Positions 1 through 10,254 of a stretch of DNA of 64,000 nucleotides are shown here, piece after piece. The position numbers were made by a program, and so were the translations under genes. The notes beneath the pieces were generated by a model, which made no database searches, was not told where the DNA came from, and worked only from the letters and a program-made list of their open reading frames with translations. Every line of letters starts with the position of its first letter. Within the stretch, counting starts at the first letter, position 1. This DNA comes from an uncultured Clostridium sp. (lineage in GTDB: Bacteria > Bacillota > Clostridia > TANB77 > CAG-508): NCBI GenBank assembly GCA_947244325.1, contig CAMXJY010000004.1:70178-134177 (forward strand). The letters are read 5' to 3'.

Positions 1-2944
1 ATGCAGTAATATTTAACATAGCATAATTTGTATTACCTTGATATAGCTTTTGCTTAAAATCTAAAGCAGATATTACTTTTTTTCTATCTAATTTTATTAT
101 AATAGAAACTGTTTTTTGACCAGTTTTTGAATGGTAATAAGTATTATAGTTTCCATCAATTATATTGCTAGCAGGTTCATTTTGGCTTGAAACAGAATGT
201 ATTGATAAATGTGATATTGGTATATATGTTTTTACATTTGTATCTGTACTTGGTTTAAAATTAATTGTTATAGGATCACTAGCTATTTTTGTTCCTGTAC
301 GATCAACTCTTATTTGGACTTGTTTAGTTCCTGTACAATCTGGCTCTGCTTCTACAAACTTTGTCCATTCATCATCATTGCTATATCTCCACTCATCTTT
401 GCCATCATAACCAAAAAATGCATCTTCTAAGTCATTAGCATATATTAGGGTTGATTTTGTTCCTTTAGTAATATCAATTGTAAAATTATAGCTCTCTACT
501 CCCATAAATGCAATTTTAATATCATTATCTATTGTAATAGTATCTAATTCTTCTGCTGTTAAAGTAACTTCATCTACATTTACATATTCAGAATAAGTTG
601 TTCCACCATCTAAACTATATGCCCATGCTATTTGGTATATAGGATTTCTAACTAATTTACCTGCATTATTTCCATCAAAAGAAAATGTTACTGCTTGTGG
701 TTGTGCCTTTCCTAATAACTGGTTAGCATGAATCTTAGCACCTTCTCCGGAGTTTGAAGTAGCATCTGTTGCACTTGTTGCTGCTGTTTGTAGAGCTTCA
801 TTTTCTAGACCATCAATAATAACTCTATCTGTATCGTCTAAATATGGTCTAATAACTTTTATTAAATCATACATTGCAACTGGATAATATGTATATTCAT
901 CAATTATTTTAACTGCTAAGTCATGCCAGTCTTTAGATGTAATAGTTCCTCCCTCATTTTTTACACTCATTTTTTTATATAAATTTATAATATTTTCATA
1001 AGTATCTAAATTTATGTTATTAATTTTTAATGATTCAAAATATGTATTTAATTTCTCATTATTATCTGCATATGAATTAGCAGTTATATTATAATATAAT
1101 GATTTTTGATAATCCTCATATCTATTTAAATTTGATTGTGCAAGATATAAATATCCTGAACTAGTACCACCTTTATTTCCACCAATATTTTGATCTGTAA
1201 AAGATTTATTGGCCCAATCTAATGGATATCTAAAACGTAGCATTCCTCCCCATTTAGTACCACCATTCTTCCAAGAACCATATCTTGGAGACCAATAACC
1301 TTCACCATTTTCTCTTTGATAATAGTTATAGAAAAATTCATGTCCTGGTGAATATCCACCTACTGCTGGTAAACCATTAACACGATATAGTGTTTGACCA
1401 AAACGAGATATATTCCAGCAAATTCCACCATGTTCAAGTACCATCCAATAACGGGTACCACTATCAGCGCCATACGGTACATTTACACCATAATTATTTA
1501 ATAAATATTTATTTGTATAAGTTTCTCTATTGGCTTCATCCTTAAATCTTGCTTCACCAGCATTTGCTGAAGTATATTTAATTGCATTATAATTAAATTT
1601 TATTTTATCATGACTATATCCATTAAGCCATTTAAATTCTATATCATCTATCCAGTCATGCACAACATTACGCATTAATGGCATAGAATAATCTTTAAAC
1701 CAATCATTATCAACCAACGTACCAGTTGTACCATTCTGACTAAGTCTCTTTAATTTTTTATTATCAAAGAGTTCCTTAATAAGTTCATAACGATTTACTG
1801 GATTATATCTAGCAGTCTCATTCGTCCAAACTGTTGGTCCCATTATCGTATCTGAACTATGAGCGGCAGCAAGCGCTATCATAACTTTTTGATATACGTA
1901 TCCATTTTGCTCATTAAGATCTTCTTTGTGTTTTGAATATATTGATACTAAATCATCTATAAATGGGGTGGCTTTAAAATCCCCTACTTCTATTATTTGT
2001 TCTAAAACTGTATTATCGTCACTTAAAATCCAGTTAAATAAATTTTTATATTTGTTTGTTTCAGTAGAAGTTAATGTTTTAATATAATCATATCCAATTT
2101 TTCTTACAAACTCTCTTTCAAGAATAGTTCTATAATTATTTTGGTAATTATATTCTACATCATTATCTTTTAATATATTGTCATAATATTCTAATGGATG
2201 AACTTTGTCATATTCTGGTATTTCTACTGGTTCATAATCTTTTATAACAAATTTAGCATCTCCAAGAGTTCCATGGTCAGCAGAATTGCTACCATTAGAA
2301 TCTACATAAATTCTAAGATACTTATATCCTTCCACATTTACATCTATTTTAACTGCATTAGAGGCTGGTGTTATATTTCCTGTTTTATGTAGTGAATCCC
2401 ATGTTTCTCCATCTTGAGAGACTGATACTTCAATCCAAAAATTTGCTTCCTGAGTCTTGGAAGCATCTACTCCAAGATATGTTATAAATCTTGGATATTT
2501 TGTTGAATACTCACTAATATCATAAGTTGCTTGACCTGTAGCATGAATTGCTACACCTTTAGCGAATGTGCATACTTCTCCATCTATCTTTAATTTTATA
2601 GGGCCGTTTTCTTGATTTTTGTCTTTTGTAATTGAGTGCCCACTCCAACCATTATATGACCAATTGTTAGTTGTTATATAATTTAGGTCAGACAAATACA
2701 CAACTTCTTCTTCGTCTGTATTTATCCCATTTGTCTGTGATATTGTATTTATAATGGATGCATCATTTTGTAACATATTTTCCGAAAATGTTTGTAAATC
2801 ATATCTTGTTATGTTACTATAACTTTTTTCATATGCCATAACTATATTATTAAAATTTAAAACAGCTGATATTATAAAACAACCAAAAATTAATATAGTT
2901 ATTGCTTTTGCAGATATCTTTGATTTGCAACTATTTTTTCTCAT
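1..2944 (-). CDS. Secreted multidomain carbohydrate-binding protein. The C-terminus runs off the window start. Architecture: N-terminal anchor/signal, NPCBM-like domain, large central domain, F5/8 type C (discoidin)-like domain
   Basis: Absent from the ORF track because it is open to the window edge. ATG at 2944 follows a GAGGAG RBS, and there is no minus-strand stop down to position 1. The N-terminus MRKNSCKSKISAKAITILIFGCFIISAV is hydrophobic. LSDLNYITTNNWSYNGWSGH..FAKGVAIHATGQATYDI..YLGVDAS..FWIEVSVSQDGETW fits the NPCBM pattern. SSQNEPASNIIDGNYNTYYHSK near the window edge fits the discoidin pattern. The central GGICWNISRFG...SPGHEFF segment is reminiscent of a Cys/His transglutaminase-like core (weak). 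Confidence 0.6.
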   Translation of the reverse strand, partial: MRKNSCKSKISAKAITILIFGCFIISAVLNFNNIVMAYEKSYSNITRYDLQTFSENMLQNDASIINTISQTNGINTDEEEVVYLSDLNYITTNNWSYNGWSGHSITKDKNQENGPIKLKIDGEVCTFAKGVAIHATGQATYDISEYSTKYPRFITYLGVDASKTQEANFWIEVSVSQDGETWDSLHKTGNITPASNAVKIDVNVEGYKYLRIYVDSNGSNSADHGTLGDAKFVIKDYEPVEIPEYDKVHPLEYYDNILKDNDVEYNYQNNYRTILEREFVRKIGYDYIKTLTSTETNKYKNLFNWILSDDNTVLEQIIEVGDFKATPFIDDLVSIYSKHKEDLNEQNGYVYQKVMIALAAAHSSDTIMGPTVWTNETARYNPVNRYELIKELFDNKKLKRLSQNGTTGTLVDNDWFKDYSMPLMRNVVHDWIDDIEFKWLNGYSHDKIKFNYNAIKYTSANAGEARFKDEANRETYTNKYLLNNYGVNVPYGADSGTRYWMVLEHGGICWNISRFGQTLYRVNGLPAVGGYSPGHEFFYNYYQRENGEGYWSPRYGSWKNGGTKWGGMLRFRYPLDWANKSFTDQNIGGNKGGTSSGYLYLAQSNLNRYEDYQKSLYYNITANSYADNNEKLNTYFESLKINNINLDTYENIINLYKKMSVKNEGGTITSKDWHDLAVKIIDEYTYYPVAMYDLIKVIRPYLDDTDRVIIDGLENEALQTAATSATDATSNSGEGAKIHANQLLGKAQPQAVTFSFDGNNAGKLVRNPIYQIAWAYSLDGGTTYSEYVNVDEVTLTAEELDTITIDNDIKIAFMGVESYNFTIDITKGTKSTLIYANDLEDAFFGYDGKDEWRYSNDDEWTKFVEAEPDCTGTKQVQIRVDRTGTKIASDPITINFKPSTDTNVKTYIPISHLSIHSVSSQNEPASNIIDGNYNTYYHSKTGQKTVSIIIKLDRKKVISALDFKQKLYQGNTNYAMLNITA

Positions 2945-3291
2945 AATTCCATTCTCCTCTTTAATAATACATATATTTTGTATAGCTATATCATTTGATT
3001 AATTTGAATCAGAAAGATTAGCTAATTTTGCCTATGTTTTCCAATTTACATCATATATTATTATATCATATTATTTTAAATTGGTCTATTATTTTTATAG
3101 ATAAAAAAGCAATAATATCCTAGCATTTTATAAATGAAATCATTAGCTGTAACAATAATATGTATTAAAAATCAAAAAAAATTATACATATTTTTAAAAT
3201 ATATATAATTTTTTTAACAACTTCTATTTCTAAAATGTCCTATTATCATTTTTTTTCAATTATATGCGATTTGTTTATCTCCAATTTTATA

Positions 3292-4161
3292 TTATTTCCT
3301 CTTATTAGATTTTTTTACAATATATAAAATTATAATTACTAATAAGATTATAACACAAGACATTCTAATAACACTAGCTGTATTTGAAATTTGTTCTATT
3401 TTACTAGAATTATATTCTGTTTTCTCTGCACCAACTGCTGATGTAGTACTACTTGAAACTACATTTATTTTATCAATATACTCAGTATTTAATATTTTTT
3501 CTATATCTAAATTTTCTAAGTCTACACCTTTATTTTCTTTAAATTCTGAAATATATTGGTCATAATTTTCTGGTTTTGCACCTATATATGCAATTTCATA
3601 GTCGGTAGTTTCTTCAGATTTTGAAAGTCTTACGAAACAATATGTCCTAAGAAAATATTTTCCTTCATATCCATCATAAAATAATTCATTACTTGAAAAA
3701 TTTTTTTTCCAATAATTATCATCGCCTTTAATAGGGGTAGCATTTATACTTACAATTAAATAAATATCTTCTCCTTCTACAAATTTATTCTCATTATTTA
3801 AAAAATACATCTTAGTTATTCCAACATCAAAATCTTCAGCAATCCTTTTTTCCTCTGGGTACTCACTAGATGCATACTTTTTCAAATAATCTCCCATTTT
3901 GGTATCTACAATATTATATATTCTTTTTACTATATCTTCATCTTCTGGGCTATATCCACTTGAAGAATATGTTGTATGAAATTTTGACCTATCAAATTTT
4001 TTATGTTTATAAAATGTTTCACCCTCAATTTCAATTTTATCGTATTCTTGCTCTATATATTTATCCATATCAATTGCATAAACTTTATTAGTTTTTATTA
4101 ATAGGAAACTAAACAAAATTACAATAAATATTATTAATATTATACTAATTTTTTTATACAT
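3292..4161 (-). CDS. Hypothetical membrane-anchored protein (N-terminal signal/anchor and C-terminal TM)
   Basis: 289-aa ORF with hydrophobic N-terminus IILIIFIVILFSFLLI and C-terminal TM VIILLVIIILYIV. It lies 1 nt after the upstream ORF stop, so it is probably co-transcribed with the sigma/anti-sigma genes. No family recognised. Confidence 0.5.
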   Translation of the reverse strand: MYKKISIILIIFIVILFSFLLIKTNKVYAIDMDKYIEQEYDKIEIEGETFYKHKKFDRSKFHTTYSSSGYSPEDEDIVKRIYNIVDTKMGDYLKKYASSEYPEEKRIAEDFDVGITKMYFLNNENKFVEGEDIYLIVSINATPIKGDDNYWKKNFSSNELFYDGYEGKYFLRTYCFVRLSKSEETTDYEIAYIGAKPENYDQYISEFKENKGVDLENLDIEKILNTEYIDKINVVSSSTTSAVGAEKTEYNSSKIEQISNTASVIRMSCVIILLVIIILYIVKKSNKRK

Positions 4162-4162
4162 T

Positions 4163-5587
4163 TTATTTATCTCCTTTCATTTTTTCTAACTTAAATATTA
4201 TATCTTTTCCTAAATATTTAACATGAAATGTCATTTCATCAGTCAAATCTTCTTTATCTATATCAAGTACCATACCATCTGGTGCATACCAATTTCCTTT
4301 TTCATCAAATCCTGATATTTCACCACTATCTAATATTCCATTTCTTACACCAATTCCGCCAGACCAATGAGTTTTTGACGCTGGAATCATTTCATCTCCG
4401 TCTCTACTATAAATACCTGGCATTTTTGATCTTTTACCATTTGAATTTTCTACATAATAATCATCAATTTCATATACTTTATCTTGCTCTGCTTCTCTTT
4501 GTTTATATTCATCAGTACTACATATTTTATATATAATATATTGCTTTATAATAGGGTTAACATCAAGTTCAGTAAGCATATCTTCAATTTTTACAGATCC
4601 CCATGGACCACTAGGTATATTAATTGATGATAATTTTACAAATGCATGCATTGCATCATCTTTATAATAGCAATAATATAATTCATTCTTTGAATCTGGG
4701 TCAGATTGAACAATTTTATATGGTATGATATCTTCTCTTTCATAATATTTACGTGGCACATCTATTTCTATTTTCCAATTTCCAAGTACTGTTAAACTTT
4801 GATCTTGATGTAAATAATGTTTATCATCAATTCCATAAGAAGCTTCAGGTGCATCTAATGCAATTTTATTAAATTCAAAAATTAATTTTTTAGATTTTGG
4901 ATATATACTTGGAATTTTTGTATTTAAACAATATTCAAAATCATAAGGATTACTTCCTAATTTTTCATAATTTTTAAAACCATAATCTCTTACTTCACTT
5001 ATACAGTATTTTTGATTATTTTTAATTGCTTCTATATCATCTGTTTTAAATATTTCTTTAAGTTTATTTTCTTCCATACAAAATAAAATATTATCATTCT
5101 CATCTCTAATTACTAAATCTGGAAATCTAACTAAGTAAATATTTTCAATAGGCATTTTTGCTATTACTTCTTCTGGAAAGTTTATACTTCCTTCAAAACT
5201 CATATAATAATTATCCATATCTACTCTTGATATATCAATTTTTAAATTTTCACTTTCTATAGTATCTGCAGCATCTTCAGTCCATGGAATTATAGAATTT
5301 TTATTATTTACTACTTCTTCTAATCTTTCTGAATCGTTTACTACTTCTTCTGGTAACTTAGTTTCTATATTATATTTCTTTCTAAAATTATAAATATCAA
5401 CAACTTTTTCAGAAATTGCATCTGCAAATAAAGCTCCACTTATTAATAATATAAAACAAGCAACACTTGCAATTTTACTATATATATTATTTTTAATAGT
5501 TTTTGATTTTAGATTTTCTTCATCATAAATTTCTGACATAGCAATTTTAAATTTTATTTTATCTTTTAATTCTTTGTTATCTTCCAT
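4163..5587 (-). CDS. Putative anti-sigma factor-like membrane protein with a large extracytoplasmic domain
   Basis: The track ORF starts at 5638, but the ATG at 5587 (MEDNKELKD) has an AGGAG RBS. It has a single TM (VACFILLISGALFA) followed by a domain of about 400 aa. It sits directly downstream of the sigma factor gene. The function is inferred from architecture only. Confidence 0.45.
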   Translation of the reverse strand: MEDNKELKDKIKFKIAMSEIYDEENLKSKTIKNNIYSKIASVACFILLISGALFADAISEKVVDIYNFRKKYNIETKLPEEVVNDSERLEEVVNNKNSIIPWTEDAADTIESENLKIDISRVDMDNYYMSFEGSINFPEEVIAKMPIENIYLVRFPDLVIRDENDNILFCMEENKLKEIFKTDDIEAIKNNQKYCISEVRDYGFKNYEKLGSNPYDFEYCLNTKIPSIYPKSKKLIFEFNKIALDAPEASYGIDDKHYLHQDQSLTVLGNWKIEIDVPRKYYEREDIIPYKIVQSDPDSKNELYYCYYKDDAMHAFVKLSSINIPSGPWGSVKIEDMLTELDVNPIIKQYIIYKICSTDEYKQREAEQDKVYEIDDYYVENSNGKRSKMPGIYSRDGDEMIPASKTHWSGGIGVRNGILDSGEISGFDEKGNWYAPDGMVLDIDKEDLTDEMTFHVKYLGKDIIFKLEKMKGDK

Positions 5588-5688
5588 AAAATTTTCTCCT
5601 ATCTTTATAAATGAATGATTATATCTCAATATCTTCATTTATCATTAAATTTTATATTAATTAAATTAATCTCAGCATTTACTTAAAG

Positions 5689-6213
5689 TTATATTAGATA
5701 TCTCTTTAATTTTTTTCTAATTCTAAATAGTTTTGTTTTTACATTTGATTCTGAGATGTTTAATTCTTTTGCTATATCTTTTACTGATTTTGAAGAATAA
5801 TAAAACATACTTATCATTTGGAATTCATCTTCTTTTAATTCTTTATAACTAATTTTTAGTTTATTGATTTTTTCTCTTTTTTCTGAAAAAAGTTCAACAT
5901 TATTATAATAATCAATTAAATTTTCATAATCATCTATATTATAAGTTATATTATTTTTCTTGAATTTTTCTTTTATTAAATTACGTGCAATTCCTGCAAG
6001 ATAAGCTTCAAGATATGTAATATCTTTATCCTGATTTTTCCATAATACAAAAAAGGTATCTGTTAAAACTTCTTCTTTATCTTCAAAACTTAAATAATTA
6101 CACGCCATATTATTTATTACTGTTTTTATATATGGAGTAAAATCATCTATTACTTTATCTAAATCAATAGTATTATTACTTTTATAATCATATAATTGCT
6201 TTATTGTATTCAT
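5689..6213 (-). CDS. RNA polymerase sigma-70 family (ECF-like) sigma factor
   Basis: 174 aa with a C-terminal region-4 HTH (SVKDIAKELNISESNVKTKLFRIRKKL) and an N-terminal region-2-like segment. Confidence 0.7.
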   Translation of the reverse strand: MNTIKQLYDYKSNNTIDLDKVIDDFTPYIKTVINNMACNYLSFEDKEEVLTDTFFVLWKNQDKDITYLEAYLAGIARNLIKEKFKKNNITYNIDDYENLIDYYNNVELFSEKREKINKLKISYKELKEDEFQMISMFYYSSKSVKDIAKELNISESNVKTKLFRIRKKLKRYLI

Positions 6214-6437
6214 TAAATAACTCCTTAAATTAAGATATCTTACATTTATATAGTAGTTATATTAAAAAAAAGGTTACATATATTTTAATAAATTTTGCAA
6301 AATTATATTAAAATAATTACAGAGGAATTTTCTAAAGAACAAAAGTGGACATTATGAAAATTGCAAAAGAAAAAACTTATTGCAATGTCCACGTCTTTCA
6401 TCTGTATAACTTAGCTATATGTCACTAACGTTCCTAT

Positions 6438-6473
6438 AAAATAAAAAGACTTCACCTCAAATTGAAGTGAAGT
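6438..6473 (-). terminator. Rho-independent terminator candidate after the Xer-type recombinase gene
   Basis: Minus strand reads ACTTCAC-ttcaatttgag-GTGAAGT followed by CTTTTTATTTT. Confidence 0.5.
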
Positions 6474-6480
6474 TATTTTA

Positions 6481-7489
6481 TTACAAATTTGCTAATGGGT
6501 TACTTTCTACTGCATTTCTAATTTGTTCATTATCTACGTGTGTATAAATTTCTGTTGTTGATATACTTTCATGTCCTAAAAGTTCTTGCAAGGCTCTTAT
6601 GTCAACTTTTCCATATTTATACATAAGAGTTGCTGCAGTATGTCTTAATTTATGGACAGAATATTTATCAGCTTTTTCTATTCCTGCTAAATGTAATTCT
6701 TGTTTCACTATTTGTTGTACTGTTCTTCTACTAATACGTTTTTTTTGCTCACTTAAAAACAGTGCATCTCTTGAATTAAATTTAACTGCATCTCTTGGAC
6801 GTACTTCCAAATATGATTTTATTGCTTTAACACATGCATTATTCAAGTAAATTGTACGTTCTTTGTTTCCTTTTCCTATTACATTAATCTTATTATTTTC
6901 AAAATCTATATCACTTATATTCATATTAACTAATTCTGATAAACGTACACCACAATTTAAAAGAATAGTTAGCATTGCAAAATTTCTTTCCGAATTATTA
7001 TGATTACCATGTCCGAACATTATTTGCAGGATTAGAAACTGTTTCTAAAAGTTCTTTACTTTGTTCTAAAGTTAGATACTTTGGAAGTCTTTTTTCTAAT
7101 TTTGGTGTTTCTAGGTCTTGTGCTGGATTTGATGGTATTTTTTTTGTTTTATTACACATATATTTAAAAAATACTCTTATACTAGCTGTTTTTCTAGCTA
7201 ATGTTGCTGGCTTACTAGAATAGCAAGATTTTAAATATGCTAAAAATGAATGTATATCTTGCAAAGTTATTTTCTTTAAAGTTTCTAAATCAAAATCATT
7301 TATCTTTATTGTTTTAATAAATTCTTCATCACTTACATCTGTTTGCTTAAATTTAAACTTTATATATTTTAAAAAGTGTGCAATATCATAATTATATTCT
7401 TTTATCGTATTTTCCGATTTATTTAAAATTGTTGAACTATATGCTAAAAAATCATTTAAGAATTCTGGATTTTCTTCTGGATTTATCAT
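6481..7489 (-). CDS. Tyrosine recombinase, XerC/XerD family, interrupted by a +1 frame break at in-frame CGG (7015..7013)
   Basis: Two overlapping track ORFs cover it. ORF 7004..7489 is the N-terminal SAM-like domain. ORF 6481..7020 is the catalytic domain, with ..CGVRLSEL.., HKLRHTAAT, LGHESISTTEIYTH. The junction reads GTT-CGG-ACA-TGG-TAA in frame 0 and GTT-c-GGA-CAT-GGT in frame +1. Confidence 0.8.
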
Positions 7490-7680
7490 ATTTTAACCTA
7501 ACCTTTATATATTTTTCTATGAAAACGCTTCACTAATTAATTGAATTTTATTATTAATTAATCATTATAAAGTTCTATTTTTAGAATTATATATATCTTT
7601 TTCATTTTTTACAATAGAATTATAAAATTTTGTGCAAAGTTAATTAATATATTTTCTATTTTTAATTACTATATAAATAT

Positions 7681-8892
7681 TTATTTCATCTTTTTCTCTT
7701 TTCCTTTTACAATTTCTTTAATATCAAGTTCTCCAGCTCGTGTAATAGAATTATAACCATATTTTAGTTTTAAAGTATCTACTACATTATCTAATTTATC
7801 TTGTTTGAAATCATTTGCAAATATCGATAATTGAACTTCATCTTTGTTTTCTAAATTATCTACTCTAACTCCTATAAGTCGTATTGGTTCATTTTTATAC
7901 ATTTCTAAAACTATTTGCTTAGCTGTTTCAATTATTTCTTTTGTTGAAGATGTTGAAAACTTTAGAGCTTTCTGATGTGAATAATTTTCAAAATCTTTTG
8001 TTCTTAATTGAACATTTACTGTATTTGCAACTAGATTATATTTTCTTAATCTATAAGAAACTTGCTCACTTAATGCAATTACTATTTTATTAATTTCATC
8101 TATGCTTTTTATGTCTTGTGGAAGAGTAACAGAATTTCCAATACTTTTAGGAAGTTCTACTTTTGAATTTACATCATCTTCATCTATTCCATTAGCATAG
8201 TTCCACATTAAATTTCCATGTTTTCCAAATCTTTTTATTAAAAATTCCTTATCTGTTTTGGCTAAATCACCAATAGTCTTTATTCTTAAATTGTGTAGTT
8301 TAGGTACTGTTTTCTTCCCTATCATAAATAATTCTGATACTGGTAATGTCCACATTTTATCTTCTATTTCATATTCATATAGTGTATGTACTTTATTGGG
8401 CTTTTCAAAATCTGATGCCATTTTAGCTAAAAGCTTATTACTTGATACTCCAACATTTACTGTGAAACCTAATTCTTTTTCTACTCTTAAATTTATCTCT
8501 TTTGCTATATCTATTAATTTTCTTCCTTGCATAAAATTAGTTAAATCTAAAAAACATTCATCTATACTGAATCTTTCAATTTTATCTGTATATTCTAAAA
8601 ATAAATTATATAAATCATTTGAATACTTTTTAAATACTTCAAAATCTCCAGAATATATTTCTAATTTATTACATTTTTTTCTTGCAAAGTAAATAGGCTC
8701 ACCTGTTATAATACCAAACTTTTTTGCTACTGGACTTTTTGCTAAAACAATTCCTGAACGTCTTTCTTCATCTCCTCCAATTATAGATGGAATTGTTCTA
8801 ATATCTATAGGATGACCTTTTTTTAGCATATCTATAGCAGTCCATGATAAAAAAGCATTATTAACATCTACATGTAAGATTTGTCTTTCCAT
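7681..8892 (-). CDS. dinB: Y-family DNA polymerase (DNA polymerase IV / UmuC-like)
   Basis: 403 aa. The N-terminus ILHVDVNNAFLSWTAI and the IIGGDEERRSGIVLAKSPVAKKFGI segment match the ImpB/MucB/SamB family pattern. An SOS box lies upstream. Confidence 0.8.
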   Translation of the reverse strand: MERQILHVDVNNAFLSWTAIDMLKKGHPIDIRTIPSIIGGDEERRSGIVLAKSPVAKKFGIITGEPIYFARKKCNKLEIYSGDFEVFKKYSNDLYNLFLEYTDKIERFSIDECFLDLTNFMQGRKLIDIAKEINLRVEKELGFTVNVGVSSNKLLAKMASDFEKPNKVHTLYEYEIEDKMWTLPVSELFMIGKKTVPKLHNLRIKTIGDLAKTDKEFLIKRFGKHGNLMWNYANGIDEDDVNSKVELPKSIGNSVTLPQDIKSIDEINKIVIALSEQVSYRLRKYNLVANTVNVQLRTKDFENYSHQKALKFSTSSTKEIIETAKQIVLEMYKNEPIRLIGVRVDNLENKDEVQLSIFANDFKQDKLDNVVDTLKLKYGYNSITRAGELDIKEIVKGKEKKMK

Positions 8893-8961
8893 CTCTTCCC
8901 CTTTAACTAATTTTTAATATTATATACAAAATACTTTTAGAAAATAAAAATGGCAAAATAT

Positions 8962-8975
8962 CGAACATAAGTTCT
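8962..8975 (-). promoter_or_regulatory. LexA (Cheo/SOS) box upstream of the Y-family polymerase
   Basis: CGAACATAAGTTCT matches the Gram-positive LexA consensus CGAAC-N4-GTTC. It lies immediately downstream of the predicted -10. Confidence 0.7.
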
Positions 8976-8984
8976 TGTATCGAT

Positions 8985-9013
8985 ATTCTACCATGATATT
9001 TTTTTACTGTCAA
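8985..9013 (-). promoter_or_regulatory. SigA-type promoter for dinB
   Basis: Minus strand has TTGACA (9013..9008), a 17-nt spacer, then TAGAAT (8990..8985). Confidence 0.6.
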
Positions 9014-9095
9014 TACATTTCACGAAAAAATGTTTGCTGTTTGTTTTTCCTTTGTATATATTAGAAGTACTTTTCTATATCTACAATTATTTTAA

Positions 9096-9563
9096 TTAAA
9101 TCTCTCTTTTTTCTAATTCTAATAATCTTCTTTTCATTTCTAATCCTAAGGCATATCCAACTAAATTTCCGTTAGCCCCAATCACTCTATGACATGGTAT
9201 TATAATTGGAATTGGATTTTTATTATTTGCCATTCCTACTGCTCTTGAAGCTTTTGGATTTTCTATTTGCTCAGCAATTTGTTTATAACTTTTTGTTTCT
9301 CCATATGGTATTTCTTCAAGTGCTTTCCAAACTTTTTTCATAAAATCTGTTCCATTTGGATTTAAAGGTAATTCAAACTTTTTTCTTTTTCCTTCAAAAT
9401 ATTCGTCTAATTGCTTAGTAGTTTGATTTAATAACACAGTATCTTTTAATTCAAATTCTCCAAAATCCTCTTCATTATCAAAAGACAATCTTATTATTTT
9501 ACTATCCTCTTCAACAATCTTTATTCTTTTAAATGGCGTATTGTAATATTTTATATACTTCAT
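9096..9563 (-). CDS. ogt: Methylated-DNA--protein-cysteine methyltransferase
   Basis: 155 aa with the active-site motif IPCHRVIGANG and the C-terminal MGMT DNA-binding domain pattern. Confidence 0.85.
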   Translation of the reverse strand: MKYIKYYNTPFKRIKIVEEDSKIIRLSFDNEEDFGEFELKDTVLLNQTTKQLDEYFEGKRKKFELPLNPNGTDFMKKVWKALEEIPYGETKSYKQIAEQIENPKASRAVGMANNKNPIPIIIPCHRVIGANGNLVGYALGLEMKRRLLELEKREI

Positions 9564-9565
9564 AT

Positions 9566-10231
9566 TTATTCTTCATTACTTTCCTTTAAATTACTTGTAC
9601 CTATAAAATCATCTATTATATTTGTAAAAATAGTTAAATATGATATTGAAAGTAAAAATCCGCCTAAAACATCGCTTGTATAATGCACTCCCAAATATAT
9701 TCTACTTACACATATTGCCACTATTAATAATGAAAGCACTATAATTAAAGTGATTTTTAAAGTTTTATTTTTTACTTTTTTATATATTAAATAAATTAAA
9801 AATCCATAAAAAGCTGTACTTGCCATAGAATGTCCAGAAGGGAAACTATATCCTGACTCATAAATTAATCTAAGTTCGTTTGGTCTTGGTCTTTGTATAA
9901 TATATTTTAAAGCTTGATTTAAAGCTCCAACCAAAAATAAATTTAAGTATATACAAATCCCTATTTTTAAATCTTTTATAGCAATAAATAATATTGTTGC
10001 AAATAGTATTAGGGCTATTACTCCGCCTAATTGTGTAATACATTTTGCTATTGGTGTAGCAAAATCTGAAATAAAATAAGTTGATATAAATTGATATCCA
10101 ATAATATCTCTTTTCATTATTTCTTTTCTAAATACATGTCTTGCTATATCAAAAAACAATACTAAACATATAAATAATATTATCCATTTTAAATTCTTCT
10201 TTAAAAACTTTTTTATTTTTTCTGTATTCAT
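9566..10231 (-). CDS. PAP2-family phosphatase (undecaprenyl-diphosphatase-like membrane protein)
   Basis: 221 aa, multi-TM. PAP2 motifs are present: KYIIQRPRP, SFPSGHS, SRIYLGVHYTSDVLGG. Confidence 0.8.
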   Translation of the reverse strand: MNTEKIKKFLKKNLKWIILFICLVLFFDIARHVFRKEIMKRDIIGYQFISTYFISDFATPIAKCITQLGGVIALILFATILFIAIKDLKIGICIYLNLFLVGALNQALKYIIQRPRPNELRLIYESGYSFPSGHSMASTAFYGFLIYLIYKKVKNKTLKITLIIVLSLLIVAICVSRIYLGVHYTSDVLGGFLLSISYLTIFTNIIDDFIGTSNLKESNEE

Positions 10232-10254
10232 AAAATATCCTTACTTACATATTA

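Noticed and set aside
6481-8892. An integrative element or prophage around the tyrosine recombinase.
   Set aside because: There are no phage, conjugation or excisionase genes, no flanking direct repeats and no tRNA target. The neighbours are housekeeping genes, so a chromosomal Xer-type recombinase is more likely.
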